The notes below the pieces were generated by a model. It had not been told where the DNA came from. It saw nothing but the letters and a program-made list of their open reading frames with translations, and made no database searches. A stretch of DNA of 64,000 nt from Vicugna vicugna. Taxonomy: Eukaryota. Position numbers and translations under genes: made by a program. Positions 60,501-64,000 of the stretch are shown piece after piece. The stretch is from contig MU058714.1 of NCBI GenBank assembly GCA_013265495.1, positions 558,001 through 622,000 on the forward strand, given 5' to 3'. Each line of letters opens with the position of its first letter. The stretch's first letter is position 1.

Positions 60501-63500
60501 CGGGGGCCATCAGCAGCCTGCAGGAGGAGCTGAGCCAGGAGAAGGGGCAGAAGGAGGCGCTGCTGCAACAGAGCCGTCGCCTGCAGGAGCGCCTGGAGCA
60601 GGCGGAGGCCCGCGAGCGGAGCCTGCGCCAGCTGGAGGCCGAGCATGGCCGCATGCAGCGCGAGGTCAGCGCCCGCTTCCACGAGGTGCTGAAGCTGAAG
60701 GACGAGATGCTGGGCCTCTCGCTGCACTACAGCAACGCGCTGCAGGAGAAGGAGCTGGCCACCACGCGCTGCCGCAGCCTGCAGGAGGAGGTAGCCGGGG
60801 CCCGCGGGCTGCCCTCCCCGGTCCAGCTCCTGGAACTCCCGCCCCTCCCTGGAATGCCCCTGCGGGAGGCTGACCCTCCTCCTCCACCGGGGCCCTGCTC
60901 CCGCGTGGCCTGTGCTGGCGTTGCCGTGGACCGGCTGGCCTGTGAAGTGCCCGCTGCCGGGAGGCCCCCCCCTGCCTGTGTCTGGGGCCCGTCTGGCTCT
61001 CCAGGAGCAGTGGCTATCACGGCCTGGGGGGCCCACCCAGGTCCTACTCCCCTCTGGCTGCGTCAGTAACCAGGGGACGGTGGACCTCTGTCGCTCCTCC
61101 TTTGTCTCTCCTGGCTGGTCCTGGATTCAGGTGGGAGTATAGGAGTGCTAGCAGTGAGGCCCCCGAACCCCAGCAGTCTTTCAGCCGTTTTCCTGTTGGG
61201 GTGATTTCCTTGTTGAGCCGCAAGAGTCCTTTCCTGAGGGTGCTCATTCCTTGTCGTTTTGGCATCTGCTTTTGCTTTTAACTATGGCACTGTTTCTTGT
61301 TTTTTGATTTTAAACTTTATTTAGGAAGAATTTCAAATTTGCCCCAAAATACATGACTAAAAATACAAGGGACACCCATGTGTCCTCACTTTATCACTCG
61401 TGCTCTGTCTCTGTCTCTCTCCACACACGTGCGCCCTTTTTCCTGAACCACTTGAGCCGTGTTCATCACGGCCCTTTACTCCTAGACATTTCAGTGTGTA
61501 TTTCCTAATAACAAGATATCCTGTCAGCGTCACACGTTGCATTGATACAATCTTTTTAATCCAATCTACTGTCAGTGTTCCAGTTTTATCTGTTGACCTA
61601 AATTACACCCTTTACGGCATTTTCCCTCCAGTCCGGGATCAGGTGCGGAACCAAAATCACCAGTCATGCCGTTACTCCCGGCAGCTAGTAAACAATCTGG
61701 GGGTGGGGGGCGCTTTGACACCACCGGGCACCCCGCTCCTCGTCAACACTTCTCCCTGGACTTGCCCAAACGCCTCTTTACTGTGGTGGCTGCAGAAGGA
61801 CAAGCCCCACCTTTTGGGCGCCCTGTGTGAGGAGGAGTCTTTCCCTCTCCCTGCTTGTACACCCATTCATGGGACAGACGCCTGGACTTCTGTTTCCAGT
61901 GGTCGGTGACATACTGTCCTTAATGAGTTTGGTGCTAAAGGTGTCCCACATTTGGCCAGTGGGAGGCCCCTTCAATCTGCGTTGTGTCCTGTGACATGAC
62001 ACGCCCCACGTTTTCTTAGCACTGACTCTCCCTTCCTGGCATCACAAAATATTGTAGGAGCATCTCGTAGCCGCCCGGCCCCAGCTCCAGGGTCAGCCCT
62101 TTCTTGGAGGGGCCCTGCTCCTGCTGGAGACCACGATCTGGGCTCTAGGTGAGCTCACTGCTCCTGGGTGTCTTTGCTCCTTTGCCCTTTCAGTAGGCAG
62201 AGCTAAGAACGTGCATGTGAATACCCAGGTGCACATGCGTGTGCAGACGCGCGCACACGCAGGTGTGTGCCAGCACCCACGTGCAGACACGTATTTTAGA
62301 AATCGTGAGTTCACACCCAAACCTCTAATTACAGCCACTCCCCCAGGGTTTCTCCTCGCCGCCCCGTTCCGTACGTGTGCTCCTTCCCCGGTGAGAGCCC
62401 TGGCTCCCGCAACACGGGCACGGTCCTCGCCTGCCCAGCCCTATGGCACCTCTGAAATAGTGTCAGTCGCTTTGCCCACACCGGTAAAATAGACAAAACT
62501 CGGGTTTGCAGTTCTCCCCCTGCTGCCACCCAAGCCTGCCCCAGGCTCAGGATCTGTGGTTAAAGGCTGTGTTCATGAGTTACTGTACATGCCCTGCCTT
62601 CTCCCTCTCCCCCTTCATTGTGGTTATGGTAATAGCTGGAAATGTAACGAGGTTCAGCTGTTTGAGTTACTTTCAGTGTTAGGTCTCCCCCTTCCCTTTT
62701 TGCTTTTTGAATCTGGAGACCGTGGCATGCTGAATCCTGGCAGCCCGTAGCAGGAACGCAGGAACGGCTTATGGAAAGGAACTAGGTGTCAGGAGGGGAG
62801 AGCGCGAGCACAGGGGTTCTTCCTTCTCCACTTGACCCAGGCCCCAGTGTGCGTGCTGGGCTCTTCCCCGACACCCACGCTTCCTGGCTCTGCCTCTGGG
62901 GAAATGCCCTCTCCCCAGGGCCACCACACCTGTACGCGGAGAGGCCGGGTCCACTGGCTCGAGGTCCAAGTTTCTCTTGGACCACTACCCAGCAGAGCTG
63001 AGGCCGCAGGTCCTCACCAGGTGGTCTCCGGAGCCCACGGCCCTGGGCACGCAGCCTGCTGGGTGCGAGGTGGCCCTCATTAGCACGTGAATTGCAGGTG
63101 TGTCCGAGTAGACCGGGTCCTGTGCTCCCAGGCACCTAGGCTCCATCTGACTTGCCTTCCCCTTCTTTTACTTACTGATTTTCATGAACCCACGTTCCCT
63201 TCACCTGACCTGTTTAGCAAAATGTTGGAAGGCAGAGAAGCCAGGGCCGTGCTGGAGGAGGCTTACTGGCCGTTCACCCAGCTGCAAGGACCGTCAGGTC
63301 CAAGAGCTGGTAGCCCGGGCTCCTTGTTCTATTCCTGGGGACCCTAGGCCAGTGACTTAACCCCTGCACCTCATCTATAAAATAAAGCCAAAATGCTTTT
63401 CTCCCCCCGGCAGGGGTTAGGACTATTATAGGTAAAACCCGTTCATGGATTTTGAAATCTCAGGAGAGGGACCTCTTTGAGTACGAACAGCAGCATCCTT

Positions 63501-63751
63501 AAGGAGAAAGGTTGCAAACAGACGTGATGCTGGTCTGGTGGAGAGTCAGCAGTGACACCCTTCCTCGCGCCTCCTCCCTGCAGCTGTATCTGATCAAGCA
63601 AGAGCTGCAGCGGGAGAAGATGTCTTCTTCCTGTGAGCGGGAGTCTCGAGAGCGGTCGCTGAAGATGGCGAGCGGCCTGGAGCCTGAAGACGAGGAGCTG
63701 AGCCGCCTGAAAGAGGAGAACGAGAGACTCCGCTCCCTGACGTTCAGCCTG
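57593..63751 (+). CDS. CARD14: Caspase recruitment domain-containing protein 14 (CARMA2), first four coding exons (CARD and start of coiled coil); continues beyond the window
   Basis: Exons 57593-57803, 59276-59413, 60465-60790, 63584-63751; 843 nt, 281 aa, GT-AG. Peptides [59 protein letters not shown]. Confidence 0.97.
58183..58412 (-). mobile_element. Young, heavily 5'-truncated LINE-1 insertion with a 15-bp target-site duplication
   Basis: TTCTCTGTGTCTTCT at 58168-58182 and 58413-58427 flanks poly(T) plus about 58 nt of L1-like 3' terminus. Confidence 0.75.
59632..59780 (+). mobile_element. tRNA-Ala-derived SINE (Vic-1-like), more diverged copy
   Basis: gggcatagctccgtggtagagtgcttgcttagcatgcacgagatcctgggtttgatccccagtacctcc followed by an A-rich tail with a C-run. 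Confidence 0.8.
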
Positions 63752-64000
63752 GTGGGTCCTGGTCCCCTCGAGACGCATCCCCCCGCCCTGGTCCCCCTGA
63801 GGCTCAGCCCCCTGCCCTGGTCCCCCCAAGACTCGGCTCCCCACCCCGGCACCCTGCTGAGACTCAGCTTCCTGCCTTGGTCCCCCCAAGGTCAGCTTCC
63901 CGCCCAGCAGGGACTGTCCTTGGCCTCAGCCTGTGGCCTCCACACTGTGGATGGCTGACAGGTGGTGCCGTTGAGGTGTGGAGAAGGACTGGGTGAGATG

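Overview
Mammalian genomic DNA carrying the conserved CCDC40-GAA-EIF4A3-CARD14 block (syntenic to human 17q25.3). tRNA-Ala-derived SINEs of the Vic-1 type suggest a camelid (camel or alpaca). The window holds the last 10 coding exons of CCDC40 (+), complete GAA (+, 947 aa, GC-AG intron 19), complete EIF4A3 (-, 411 aa) and the first 4 coding exons of CARD14 (+). I walked all exon boundaries by hand and the frames are continuous. The rest is L1/L2/MIR/MLT/MER debris, two CpG-island promoters and three assembly gaps. The most unusual signal is an 8-unit, 76-80 bp minisatellite in a CCDC40 intron (about 5380-5960). Its unit reads as a full CTCF site (core plus upstream module), so it may be a tandem, co-oriented CTCF array 12 kb upstream of GAA. 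Repeat family names and human comparisons come from recall, not from searches.
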